From positions 16,864,001-16,928,000 of the forward strand of contig OX597817.1 in assembly GCA_951406725.2 (NCBI GenBank): a DNA stretch of 64,000 nucleotides, read 5' to 3'. A program made the translations under genes and the position numbers. Position 1 is the first letter of the stretch, and every line of letters begins with the position of its first letter. The stretch comes from Octopus vulgaris (lineage: Eukaryota). The notes under the pieces were generated by a model. It ran no database searches, was not told the origin of the DNA, and saw nothing but the letters and a program-made list of their open reading frames with translations. Shown here in pieces: positions 1 through 12,528 of the stretch.

Positions 1-54
1 ACTATCGCTAACGTCCTTCTCTATAATGCTATTTCATATTTATTTTTTTTTCAG

Positions 55-284
55 CAGCCATATCTTTGCCCCGCAAGACCTGTAATTCTACCGCATACCA
101 AGTTCACTGGGTCGAATTATGAATTTCATTATCACTGACCATTTGAACGCTATAGGAATGGGCCGGCCGTATTGGGAACACTTTTCTTCAACACCAGAAG
201 CCGGCCGCGTAACCGTTCTTCAATTAACAAGGCTGCAAATCATTCAACATGGCGGCCAAATTAAGTTGGAGAGGTTTTAGCAAC
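55..284 (+). other. Candidate host exon: 5'UTR plus first 12 codons (ATG 249; MAAKLSWRGFSN), phase-0 donor
   Basis: Polypyrimidine tract and acceptor ttttttttcag|cag at 54; caacATGGcg start context at 249; donor caac|GTAAGT at 285; non-repetitive sequence; all three frames have stops before the ATG. Confidence 0.4.
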
Positions 285-859
285 GTAAGTGAATTAGTAT
301 GTAATAAATTCCATTCGTTTGTTTATTTGTTAAGTTCTTTTGTTGAGCTTATGTCCTTTTTTTTCTTCTTCTTCCTTTTCCTTACTCTTTTTTTTTCTTC
401 CTTCATTTTTCTCTTGTAGCAAATAACTGAACAATAATAATAGAACTCTAGAAGGAAAAAAATAAATAAATAAACGAGGCACTCCTTCACCTAAGTTATT
501 ATTTTTTCATCACGTGGTCTCTCTTCTGCTTGTTACAGCTGCAAATGTTGCTGCTGACGCTGAGATAGATGCCTCTGCTGAATTGCTGCTACTGTTGAGT
601 TGACATTGTTATTTTTCTGTTTGGTTTATTTGCGGTGTTGGTTGGTGGCCGGGCAGGTTTGGAAACAATGTCGGCGTTGATTGTGATAAAGGAGGAGGAG
701 AAGAAGAAGGAGGTATTGGTAGTGGTGCTGAACTGTTTTCTTTATTTTTAATTTTGTGTGAGGGGATTTGTTGGTACCATTGGTGTTGGCGTTCAAGGTG
801 TTCATGTAGTTACATTAGACTGATTGTTACCTTAATAGCAGTAGTTACTTAATAGCAGT

Positions 860-951
860 TGATGATGATGACGACGATGATGATGATGATGATGACGACG
901 ACGACGACAACGACGACGACGACGATGATGATGATCACGATGATGATGATA
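860..951. repeat. (GAT/GAC)n microsatellite
   Basis: Seen directly. Confidence 0.95.
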
Positions 952-959
952 TAAAGTAG

Positions 960-1100
960 TGCATTGGCCGAATTGTTAGCGCGTTGGGTAGGTTGCCTTG
1001 CAGTAGTTGTTCCGAATCTTTGAGTTCAAGTAGTATGGAGGCCAACTTTGCTTTTATTCTTTTCAGGAACGATAAAGTACCAGTCCTGTACTGGGTTGAT
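960..1100 (+). mobile_element. Degenerate SINE-B monomer, followed by (CT)n
   Basis: gttagc...gagttcaag...actttgcttttattctttt...cgataaagtaccagt...ctgggttgat matches the SINE-B consensus. Confidence 0.6.
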
Positions 1101-1175
<75 letters not shown>

Positions 1176-1336
1176 TGTCTCTCTTTCTGGAAGAAATCGA
1201 CTTTGGTCAGTGCAGGAGAGTAATGTTCTCTGCCATGTCTAAAAAAAAAAATGCCTGACTCATACCAAATGTTACGACGGTGCTCTACAGCTCTTTCAGG
1301 GGTTGCTGACGCAAGAAATTGCGCGCACGCACGCAA

Positions 1337-1370
<34 letters not shown>

Positions 1371-1390
1371 ACACACATACACACACAAAT

Positions 1391-1695
1391 CTTTTATCTT
1401 TTACTTGCTTCAGTCGTTGGAATGCAGCTATGCTGGGGCACCGCCTTGAAGGGTTTAGTGGAACAAATCGACCTTAGTACTTATATTTTAAGTCTGGTAC
1501 TTACTCTGTTGGCCTCTTGTATTGAACTGCTAATATATATGGAGACGTAAACAAAGCAGCACCGGTTGTGAAGGGTGGAGGCAAACATAAAGACAGGCAC
1601 ACACACACACATTCTCATACGTTCACATATATATGACGGATTCCCGTACAGTTTCTGTCTACCAAATTCACTCACAAGATTCTGGTCGGCCAACA
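1391..1695 (-). mobile_element. Old diverged SINE-A, 3' two-thirds
   Basis: ttttacttgcttcagtc...gcaccgccttg...ctaccaaattcactcacaag is the reverse complement of the SINE-A body and tail. Confidence 0.8.
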
Positions 1696-1749
<54 letters not shown>

Positions 1750-1776
1750 ATGTATGTATGTATGTATGTATGTATG

Positions 1777-2340
1777 TCAGGTCACTTTCGAGTGCTACTG
1801 GTAACATGTAACCCAGTACAATCTGTTGCATGGTCGGGTCGTCGGCGACTAAACCAGGAAACCCACCAAGCTTGCTTGGTGAGGAGGGTGTTTATTGGTC
1901 ACCCTGCGGGATGAAAAACAAAACCCGTCAAAGGGCGGAGGAACTCTTGAGAGTCAACGGTCATCCAATAAATGTCTTAAGGCTGTATCATGCGCGGGGA
2001 CATAGAAATAATCGGACTGAATACCCGATCGCGCGGTTAAACCATTGGGAGTGAAGGACTCCTAGCCTTTGTTAGGGCATCCTTCTAGAAGAAGGTAACT
2101 CAGGTAACTGGGATAACTCCGACATAAAACCTGCGGCTCAGTGGTTACCGATGATGTTGACTTGTTCTTCTTTTCGGATCATGGCTGCTGTTGCTTAGTG
2201 AGTGGGATTGACTCAGTGCACAGCCTTTCCTCACTTAAAAAAAAATCTTCTTGCACAGGCATTGCACGATAACAACATTGATTAAGCTTCGTGCAATGGC
2301 CATACTCGATAACGAGGGGGCAGCCACCATGTATGTATGT
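1777..2340 (+). mobile_element. Non-autonomous retroposon with RTE-like 5' motif and (ATGT)n tail, lying in (TATG)n
   Basis: ctagaagaaggtaactc...aaaacc resembles the RTE 5'UTR motif (from memory); last ~125 bp recur almost identically at 22835-22960, also ending gcagccaccatgtatgtatg. Confidence 0.55.
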
Positions 2341-3759
2341 ATACACACACAGTGTGCGTAAAAGTACGGTGGAATACCATACTAAATATTCTATATCTTA
2401 CTTTTCTCCCTCTGTAGACGCGGGCCTAAACCTGTTAGCTTTGACTCTGCTTTTTATCACTCTAGATTCGATCAAGTAACTACTTGTAATGTACCAGGGT
2501 CGATTTAATCGATTTTACACATTCCCATGAAAAGTTGGCCTCGTTCCTAATCAAAAGAGATTAATATTTATTCAAACACCAGCCATTCCGCTTTTGGTGC
2601 AATTTTTCTTTTTCTTTTTCCTCTTTCATTTCCATCGAAACGGTGAAGCAGCATAAAAACTTAGCGTATTCATTGATTTTAAGGTGGTGGCTAGTATGGA
2701 GAATAAAAATTCATTCTTTGATCAATATGCCTATCGTTGCTCTACCAACAAAGTCTTTCAGATATTTATGCCTCTGCGTCCTTTTATTTATGATTTAGCA
2801 TTCTTCATTCTAATTTTCCTTACATAAAAACAATGAACCGGTTTCCAACCAAAATATTGCACAATGACTTCATTATCGATTTTATCTGTCAGTCGGGCAC
2901 ACGTCATTCGTCTCAGAAATATTAGAAATATTATTTGGCTTTAGGAATTATATTCCCGGGCAGTTTTTTTTCTAATTTTAACTTTTTATGCATCTGAAGG
3001 AGAATGGTAGAGATGGGGGGATGGGATTGAATAACAATGTTATACATTATTTACACCTGATGAAGTTTTCAAGGAAAGACAATATATAGCAGAGGAAAAA
3101 AAATATCTGAAAAAATAATAAATCATAAAATCAATGTAATCTATAATTTGTCCATTGTATTTAACTATCCCACACATGCTTACACACATGCAAATACACA
3201 CATATTCAAAGATTTAGAATTTCAGCATCGAGTTACAAATGTTTTTTTTTTTATCTCTAACATTGCTGTCCATTTTTTTTCATTTCAATTTTTTTGACAA
3301 ATTGTATTTGTCTAGAATTAACAAATGTTCTATAACATATAATTACAGAAAATGACAGTCATTTCAAAACAATGTTGTTTGGGAAATTATAGGTGGCTTT
3401 CGAAAAAAACCGTTTCTGTCACCGTCAAACACTCTGAATTAGTCAGAAATACACCAACACATTCACTCACACACACACACAAAAAGCAAAAATACAAGCA
3501 GAGAACAGGAATAAATTTTTACACACATAAATGCACATACAAATAAATAACTACACACACACACACACACACACATTTGAAGTTAGTGGTCAGAACTATT
3601 AATGGAGCCCCCTGCTGGAGAAATGTAAGAAAATGCAGAGACTTTATGATTGATTGTTTATCGTGGTTTTTACTATATTTTTTACTTTTTATTTTGCATT
3701 ACATCTTAACAACAGCGTCGTTGATTATAGGTTTCCGACGAGCAATCAGTGCTTTGAAT

Positions 3760-4878
3760 TTTTTCTACTCTAGGCACAAGACCCATATTTTGGCGGGAGG
3801 AGGCCAGCCGATTAGATCGACCCCAGTGCGTAACTGGTACTTATTTAATCGATCCCGAAAGGATGAAAGGCAACGTCGACCTCGGCGGAATTTGAACTCA
3901 GAACGTAGCGGCAGACGAAATACCTATTTCTTTATTACCCACAAGGGGCTAAACACAGAGGAGGACAAACAAGGACAGACAAACGGATTAAGTCGATTAT
4001 ATCGACCCCAGCGCGTAACTGGTACTTATTTAATCGACCCCGAAAGGACGAAAGGCAAAGTCGACCGTGGCGGAATTTGAACTCAGAACGTAGCGGCAGA
4101 CGAAGATACCTATTTCTTTACTACCCACAAGAGGCTAAACACAGAGAGGACAAACAAGGACAGACAAACGGATTAAGTCGATTATATCGACCCCAGCGCG
4201 TAACTGGTACTTATTTAATCGACCCCGAAAGGATGAAAGGCAAAGTCGACCTCAGCGGAATTTGAACTCAGAACGCAACGGCAGACGAAATACCTATTTC
4301 TTTCTACCCACAAGGGGCTAAACACAGAGGGGACAAACAAGGACAGACAAACGGATTAAGTCGATTATATCGACCCCAGTGCGTAACTGGTACTTATTTA
4401 ATCGACCCCGAAAGGATGAAAGGCAAAGTCGACCGCGGTGGAATTTGAACTCAGAACGTAGCGGCAGACGAAATACCTATTTCTTTTCTACCCACAAGGG
4501 GCTAAACACAGAGAGGACAAACAAGGACAGACAAACGGATTAAGTCGATTATATCGACCCCAGTGCGTAACTGGTACTTAATTTATCGACCCCGAAAGGG
4601 TGAAAGGCAAAGTCGACCTCGGCGGAATTTGAACTCAGAACGCAACGGAAGACGAAATACCTATTTCTTTTCTACCCACAAGGGGCTAAACAAGGACAGA
4701 CAAACGGATTAAGTCGATTACATCGACCCCAGTGCGTAACTGGTACTTATTTAATCGACTCCGAAAGGATGAAAGGCAAAGTCGACCTCGGCCGAATTTG
4801 AACTCAGAACGTAACGGCAGATGAAATACGGCTACGCATTTCGCCCGGCGTGCTAACGTTTCTGCCAGCTCGCCGCCA
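3760..4878 (-). mobile_element. SINE-B multimer: one tRNA-like head, six B-box/core units (~184-bp period), one tail
   Basis: tcgaccccag anchors at 3817, 4002, 4187, 4370, 4554, 4723 (periods 185,185,183,184,169); head ggcggcgagctggcagaaacgttagc at 4878-4850 (-); core gtcgactttgcctttcatcctttcggggtcgat resembles the Meta-type SINE domain. Confidence 0.9.
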
Positions 4879-4899
4879 AGGAAGCGTCTGCGCAAGTCA

Positions 4900-7100
4900 A
4901 GTGGATCAAGTATTAGAGGGTAATTTTGTTTGAAAGCACCAGTTTATAGTTTTCACCGGTATACTTACTATGGCCCATAAAAAAATTGTTTGGGAACCAG
5001 GCAGTCGTTTGATTGTAACCCGTGATCAGTCCATCTCAGACTGCTTTTTATGTGACGTTTGATGCTCAAACTCTTGGATTGTTCAAGCACTTCCTTATCG
5101 GGAATCATACTCTTTTTTTTTGATATTTCTAATAAATGTTTCTAGCATTTCTAGTGAAAACATTCAAGTAGTCTAACATGTCTTTGATGCGTTGACGTGT
5201 CACAATCGCCTGCATAAATCAAATGCATAATCTAGGAAATCTTTTAGACTTTGCCTTGAAGTACTGTAGATAAAAAACAAAACAAAACAAAAACAAAACT
5301 TCCTGTTGCACGATGATATCTACAAGTATCACAGTCTCAGGAAGCAGTTATATGCGTTACAGCAAAATAAATCGAAAGCAGAGTTGGGGCAGGGATGTCT
5401 CCTTTCTGCATTCTCTTTTAATAGCAGTTAGACATGGTAGTTTACAACTGAAATGTCTCCTTGATTTTGTACCATCATTGAATTATCAAAAAATGTCAAC
5501 AAATTTAGGTAGGCAGCCAACTTTTCTCTATACCAGTGTTTTTCAAACTTTTTGCTGGAGCGGAACCCCAAGGAAACATTCCACTGGTTCGAGGAACCCC
5601 TGTGCAATAATTTAATAGCTTTATGCACACATATCTGCACAGGAGAATTAAAAATTACTGCCGATTTTAGCAGTTTTGTAACTTCTTGCGGAACCCCTGG
5701 ACTGTACTGGCGGAACCCTGGTTGAAAACCACTGATCTATACATCCAGATTACGTTCCCACTAACTGTGCCAAAAGCTTTTGTAAGATCAATAAACAGTT
5801 GATAAAATTCATCACACTGTTCAATGCATTTCTGCTGTAATTGCCACGCAATAAAAATCACGCAAAGCATCTACCTTCCTTCTCTAAAATTATGTTAGTT
5901 TTTATTTTGATAGACAGTCAGCCATGACGAGGAACCCTTGAACATACTTTCCCAGTGACTGAAAAACAGAAAGATATTCCGAATGTTTTCATATTCTCTT
6001 TCTTACCTTCACCCTTATGGTGACAGCATATTAGCAAGCTTTCACTCTTGATAGGCTGGCAATTCCTGCTAAACATCACCTAGTCGATGAATAGTACCAG
6101 CTCACTTATCATTTCTACATAACAGAATTTCCGAGGGAGTTTCATCAATGCTAAGCACCTTACTAGTTCTCATTTAAACTGATAGCGTTTTACATTTCTT
6201 CCGGACTTAGAACACCTATTTCTTGATGATGACAGATCGACAAAACAAACTGATAATGTTATCATGCATTGTGGAAAGATTTCTCAAAACGTCCGTGAAG
6301 TGTTCAGTCTTGCATTTCATAATACATTCGGATCACAGATTATTTTGAACCAGCTTTATGAATCACGAGTGTTGTTGTTATTGTTGTTGTTGTTGTTGTT
6401 GTTAAGCAACAAGACGGGTAAGGGTGATTAGGTGATGGTCTAGGGCTTAGGGGCGGGCGGGAGACCCCAGATCTTGGAAAAAAAAAAAAACTTTGGTCGT
6501 CTTGTTGTAGTCGAGGGCTCTTCGTCGACGCCCGATACCACTGGGAGGTGGCCCTCGAAGTTGCTGGAAATGGAGATCTCCAGGTCCAAATTCTTGGACG
6601 GCTGAATCACGAGTGTGAATTCTGTGGCTCATATACCCGCGTCACCAAATTAAGTATGCCATCAATGTATCCTTCCTGGCTTTTGCTGTCTGTATTTTAA
6701 CATAGATAACTCTAACATGTCATTTTCCACCCGGCGAGAGACTCAAATTCATTATGCAGTCACAAACATCACACGATAGCTTCTTTAGCTGTTTCTCAAT
6801 TATCTGACGAATAACAGATCCAACTACACTATCTCTTCCTTCGTTCTCTGGCATTTATATCTAGAAAAACTGAATGCCTACTTCCTTCTCCTTTTAGATC
6901 AATTTCACCGACCAAATGAGTCTCAAACAGAGCAGCAATGTTAATGCTATATCGTAATTGATCTTTGGCAAATATCGCAGTAATTTTTTTTTCTAGTCTG
7001 ACACCATCTGCTATGTCCAATAACATTCTAAAACTCCAGCAACATAAATTCCTGCATTGTACTTTGCTTGAAGTATCTTAATGTATGCAAATGATGTAAA
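4900..7100 (-). pseudogene. Heavily decayed RTE-clade LINE (APE and RT remnants), interrupted by a MITE
   Basis: Minus-strand remnants FIDLTKAFGTVSGNVIW (RT motif) and IAALFETHLVGE (APE motif); many stops and frameshifts; boundaries uncertain. Confidence 0.6.
5534..5734 (-). mobile_element. hAT (Charlie-like) MITE
   Basis: TIRs cagtgtttttcaa / ttgaaaaccactg; 8-bp TSD ctctatac/atctatac; sister copy at 28279. Confidence 0.88.
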
Positions 7101-7197
7101 CGTTTGAAAAAACATTGAGCAATGCAGGTGAGAAATTAGGCAAAATATGTAGGGTGATGTCAATAAATGAAAACAAAAAGAAAAGATATTATTATTA

Positions 7198-7359
7198 GGC
7201 GCAGGAATGGCTGTGTGGTAAGTAGCTTGTTTACCAACCACATGGTTCCGGGTTCAGTCCCACTGCATGGCACCTTGGGTAAGTGTCTTCTACTATAGCC
7301 TCGGGCCGACCAAAGCCTTGTGAGTGGATTTGGTAGATGGAAACTGAAAGAAGACCGTC

Positions 7360-7417
<58 letters not shown>

Positions 7418-7605
7418 TTGTGTGTTTGTCCCCCTAGCATTGCTTGACAACCGGCCCCGTTACTTAGCGGTTCGGCAAAAGAGACCGATAGAATAAGTAC
7501 TGGGCTTACAAAAGAATAAGTCCCGGGGTCGAGTTACTCGATTAAAGGCGGTGCTCCAGCATGGCCGCAGTCAAATGACTGAAACAAGTAAAAGAGTAAA
7601 GAGTA
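7198..7605 (+). mobile_element. SINE-A (tRNA head, internal TA/TG microsatellite, AAGAGTA-type tail)
   Basis: A box tggctgtgtggt, B box ggttcagtccc; near-identical to copies at 10082, 22241, 33118, 62722. Confidence 0.92.
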
Positions 7606-8530
7606 TTACCTTACTTAGGTTGGTTAATGATCCTATAATATTTCAAGAAAGATTCCTTTTTTCAAATAGAAGAAAAGAATCAAAGAGTTTACACACACAC
7701 ACACGATTAGATCTTGCAGCGCTGTGACTTTAAATTGACCAACACCTTCTGAATTAAATTTGACAGACAAACCGTGCCGAAGCTAGTTGTGTGTGTGTGT
7801 GTGTGTGTGCTAATATTTACTGGTACAAAATGCATAACCAAAACAATTGATTAAATGTGTACCAGACTGATATAATTACGATATGATTGACTAAAATCAT
7901 TGAAGACAACTCAATTTGTTTCACTGTGGAATCGAACCTAGAGCAAAATATTTTCCCAGCATATGATAAACTGAAATTGCGTGATTGATTAATTAGCTGA
8001 TTGATATCTAGTCGATCGTGAAATAAACGTAATTATTTTTTTTTTTATTACTTGTAACACGAGGAAGCAAAAGAAAGAAATGTATACGCTAATCAATAGT
8101 ACCATAACGCAACAATAAAAGACTTAGAGAAGAGCTACACGAGGTAAGGAAAAAAATCATAGTTGCTTAGGAGATTAGGCTGTCGGCTGGGTCTCTTTTG
8201 TAATACTTGTTTTATGGTTGTCGTATTGGCTGGTGTTGGCAAACATTCGTCAATAAATGCGTAAATTTGAATAAGTTTATAGGCTTTGAGTGGAAAGAAA
8301 TTCACGTTTCTGTACGATATTGGAGCTATGCAAGTTTGTAATTTCAATTGTCAAGTGTACTTAGCTATCAAAAGATGACATGGGAAGTATATCTTCAAGT
8401 TCTAACCAAAGAAATCTGAATGTAGTGACGATTGGTTCATTAGCTTTGGACTCAAAACCTCTCATAAAAAATGTCTGCAATTGAATGATAGTGAGAGAAA
8501 GAGAAAGAGTAAGAGAACGAGAGAGAGAGA

Positions 8531-8582
<52 letters not shown>

Positions 8583-9320
8583 CTTCTATTTAAACTCCGT
8601 GAAAACGAAGATAAGCTTCATCACATCGTGGCATCTTTCAGTAGTAACGCTGGTGTATACAGAAGAAATGACACGAAAGGAAGATGAAGAATAGGAAACA
8701 AAAAAAAAAAAAAAAAATGCAACGAAAAAAACAACAATAAAAACAATCTTCTGCCGCTAGCTGGAGGTAATGTTTTATATCAGTGTCACCCAATTCCGTT
8801 GAACAAGTGAATGAGTACAAACAGGCAGGCAAGGGAATTACAAAGAATCAAAAAATAAAAGAACCTTACTCCACTTTTCATCTGCAAAATTTATAAAATT
8901 TGGCGTGTGTTTCATTAAACACATTCGTGCAACATTCGTCGCTGCTGATTTTTTTCCCCTTGGCTTTTATTAAGTTTATACTAACGTTTCTTTCAGTAGT
9001 CGTACGGCCAGACCAAATCCTGGCATCATGCAAATTTTAATTTTGCAAAGCAGTTAGTTATCGTGGCATTACCATCGACGACGATGGTGGCAGGGATGTG
9101 TGTGTGTGTGTGTGTGACTCAGAATTGACATGGGGAAGTATATCTTCAAGTTGTAACGAAACCTGAATGTAATTGATTGGTTCATTAGCTCTCATAAACA
9201 ATGCCCACAACACACACACATATATATATATATATAAATATATATACATATACACACACACGCATACACGCACATACACACATATATATAAATATATATA
9301 AATATACACACACACATACT

Positions 9321-9404
<84 letters not shown>

Positions 9405-9407
9405 ATC

Positions 9408-9620
9408 GCCATGTTGAATTCGTTAGCTTCCTGCACGCATTTTTTCTCTCCTTGTTTCTCTCCGTGTTTCTTTTCTGTGTATCTTTCTGTTGAAGAGCGT
9501 AGGCTCGAAACGTAAAAAGACTTGTTTTATTTATTTATATTCTTGAGCGCCATACTAATACAATTGTTTGTTTGTATTCCACCTGCCTTCGTCTTTTGCT
9601 TATTTTCATAAAGCTTACCG

Positions 9621-9622
<2 letters not shown>
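9408..9622 (+). mobile_element. Penelope-like pLTR fragment with minimal hammerhead motif (9482-9520)
   Basis: tcttt CTGTTGA a gagc-gtag-gctc GAAA cg TA aaaaga; flanked by (TA)n; related copy at 17990-18150 (-). Confidence 0.55.
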
Positions 9623-9670
<48 letters not shown>

Positions 9671-9673
<3 letters not shown>

Positions 9674-10075
9674 AAGTATGGAGGTTTAGTTCACAGGTGA
9701 TCTAAACGATTAGGTACACTAGATAAGTGCTGTAACGGATTACTGGGGCTCCAAGGTTATAGCCGAGACGGTAGTTATGGAGCCATTGCAGATTTCCGAT
9801 GCAGCGGATATATAATTGTTAAACAGGACAACAAACGTTAAGGCAAGGCAAACATCTCAAGTCGTATACAATATTATTACAGGAAGACATTCAAAATCTT
9901 ACAGCTGTTTCTGGGATATCCTCGAGTGTAGGATATTCCGTTATCAGAAACAAATTGGGGAGAAAATATGGGAAATGAGAATGGTATATATCAATAAGAT
10001 GATAACATCTAGGAAGGGAGTAAAAGAATAAGGAGATGGAAAGAGAGAAGAAAAAAGAGGCATAAAAGTTCATAG
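9671..10075 (-). mobile_element. Penelope-like pLTR fragment with hammerhead motif (9895-9952)
   Basis: Minus strand gttt CTGATAA c ggaatatcct-loop-aggatatccc a GAAA cagctg TA agat; palindromic stem III; abuts (TA)n. Confidence 0.55.
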
Positions 10076-10081
10076 TTCATA

Positions 10082-10503
10082 GGCGCAGGAGTGGCTGTGT
10101 GGTAAGTAGCTTGATAACCAACCACATGGTTCCGGGTTCAGTCCCACTGCGTGGCATCTTGGGCAAGTGTTTTCTGCTATAGCCCCGGGCCGACCAATGC
10201 CTTGTGAGTGGATTTGGTAGACGGAAACTGAAAGAAGCCTGTCGTATATATGTATATATATATAAGTGTGTGTGTATATGTTTGTGTGCCTGTGTTTGTC
10301 CCCCTAGCATTGCTTGACAACCGATGCTGGTGTGTTTACGTCCCCGTCACTTAGCGGTTCGGTAAAAGAGATCGATAGAATAAGTACTGGGCTTACAAAG
10401 AATAAGTCCTTGGGTCGATTTGCTCGACTAAAGGCGGTGCTCCAGCATGGCCGCAGTCAAATGACTGAAACAAGTAAAAGAGTAAAAGAGAGAGTAAAGA
10501 GAG
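10082..10503 (+). mobile_element. SINE-A, full length
   Basis: Full head-to-tail match to the other copies. Confidence 0.95.
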
Positions 10504-11382
10504 TTCAGCTTTCCGAAGAAACCAAAGCATGAGTCCTTAGGTGTAATCCTGCGTGTATCCACGAGAGTAAGTATATTCTTGAACGTTGGTATGTTCGCGT
10601 CTTTTCCTTGGGATCTCTACTATATAAGGACCTCAACCAACATGGATATACGCAGGATTTCACCTAAAGACTTACGTTCATGGATATACGCAGGATTACA
10701 CCTCAGAAATGTTTGAAATTCTGTGGCCGATGGAATGTTCCTCCACTTGCATTGAAGAACACGCGAGAAATAATTAACTAGGAGTAGCTATGAGATGAAG
10801 TCTAAGTTTCCAATGAATAAACTCTTCTGTATGGATTGATACATTTTTCTCGTATATTCGAATACACTTTCACACACTTGTGCGCATGCACACATGTATG
10901 TGTCTATACTAAAGCATGGAAGTGCAAACAAGAGATAGAGAAAAGAGTACTCAATACTAAGAGCTGAATAACTTCATGAGTTGTTACTCCGTGTTTCACT
11001 TTGTCAATCAATATTCAGACGAAATATAGAGTAACTGGAACAATATAAAGGTACCTAAAGACCATTAGAAGTATCAATCAACACAAATTACTAATTTTGA
11101 TTTGATGAAGCTTGCTGCAGCTTTGGAAATATAAGGATAATATTGGATAAATCGTGTGACCGTTAAGTAGAAACAATTCAATATGGAGACTGCCGTTGTT
11201 TTTCTATTTACATCAAGAGAGAGAAAGAAAGGGGGAGGGGAGAAGACGAAAGAGGAAGGAGGAGAAAGATAGATAGAAAGAAAGAGAGAATAGTTAGTTT
11301 GACTTATAATTTTACATACACATGTTCAGTGATTATCAATTTATGGATGTGTCTTTTATTTGTGCGTGTGCGTTCATGCCCT

Positions 11383-11438
<56 letters not shown>

Positions 11439-11928
11439 ACACATACATAGATTATGTATGTATGCTCACTATACATACGCATATATAAATACACATATAC
11501 GCACACGCGTATATAAACATACAGGCACACACACATACATTCAATTAGCCACAAATTGTACAGCGTGCAGGAGTGACCAAAAGGGAAATGTTTGTCTACA
11601 ATGTAGTTCGCTTAGGGAGTGGAAAGTATAATGCAGTTAACGTATAAATGCTGTTAACGACCTAAGACTGGGTGTTCTAGACTTCATTAGTGTTATAGTA
11701 CAAAGATTTGTCGAGCTGCAACTATTATAGAGATTCTTGGAGGAATTCAGTGAGTGTGAGAAGTTGATTGACCTACGCAGTCTGTCAGTCTGAATTGATC
11801 AGAATTATTGAGTACTAAACAAAAAGAAACTAAGCAGTGACCGTGATAAATGCAAATGACCGTCATAATTGAATAAGTAAATCGCTTAATTTCGTGCTTC
11901 AAACTTTTTAAAATTCATTTCATTTCTC

Positions 11929-12510
11929 AAGGCGACGAGCTGACAGAATCGTTAGCACCCCGGGCAAAATGCTTGGCGGTATTTCGTCTGCCGCTACGTT
12001 CTGAGTTCAAATTCCGCCGAGGTCGACTTTGCCTTTCATCCTTTCGGGGTCGATTAAATAAGTACCAGTTATGCACTGGGGTCGATGTAATCAACTTAAT
12101 CCGTTTGTCTGTCCTTGTTTGTCCTCTATGTGTTTAGCCCCTTGTGGGTAGTAAAGAAATAGGTATTTCGTCTGCCGCTACGTTCTGAGTTCAAATTCCG
12201 CTGAGGTCGACTTTGCCTTTCATCCTTTCGGGGTCGATAAATTAAGTACCAGTTACGCACTGGGGTCGATATAATCGACTCCATCCGTTTGTCTGTCCTA
12301 GTTTGTCCTCTCTGTGTTTAGCCCCTTGTGGGTAGTAAAGAAATAGGCAGTTCGTCCGTCTTTATGTTAAGAGTTTAAATTCCGCCGAGGTCGATTTTTT
12401 CCTTTCATTCTTTCGGGATCGATAAAATAAGTACCAGTTGAGCACTGGGGTTGGCGTAATCGACTTACTCACTCCCCGAAAATTGCTGGCCTTGTGTAAA
12501 AATTTGAAAG
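11929..12510 (+). mobile_element. SINE-B trimer (head, three core units, tail)
   Basis: ggcgacgagctgacagaatcgttagc head; units repeat at ~185 bp with the same linker as the 3760-4878 array; tail ctccccgaaaattgctggccttgtg. Confidence 0.88.
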
Positions 12511-12528
12511 TTATATTTGTACCTACTC

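Noticed and set aside
3810-4830. CRISPR-like or retrozyme reading of the 184-bp array
   Set aside because: Units are wholly repeated with no unique spacers and no cas genes; no CUGAnGA/GAAA hammerhead core found on either strand
6415-6600. GC-rich insert and the 58944-59246 ORF as possible genes
   Set aside because: No recognisable motif or splice signals; probably unclassified retroelement debris
7198-7270. tRNA genes at SINE heads (also 49155 and 11929)
   Set aside because: A/B boxes run into multi-copy SINE bodies with no proper acceptor stem or terminator
7160-7450. Recurrent ORF family MSSNARGTNT.../MLGGQTQTH...
   Set aside because: Antisense translation of SINE-A copies
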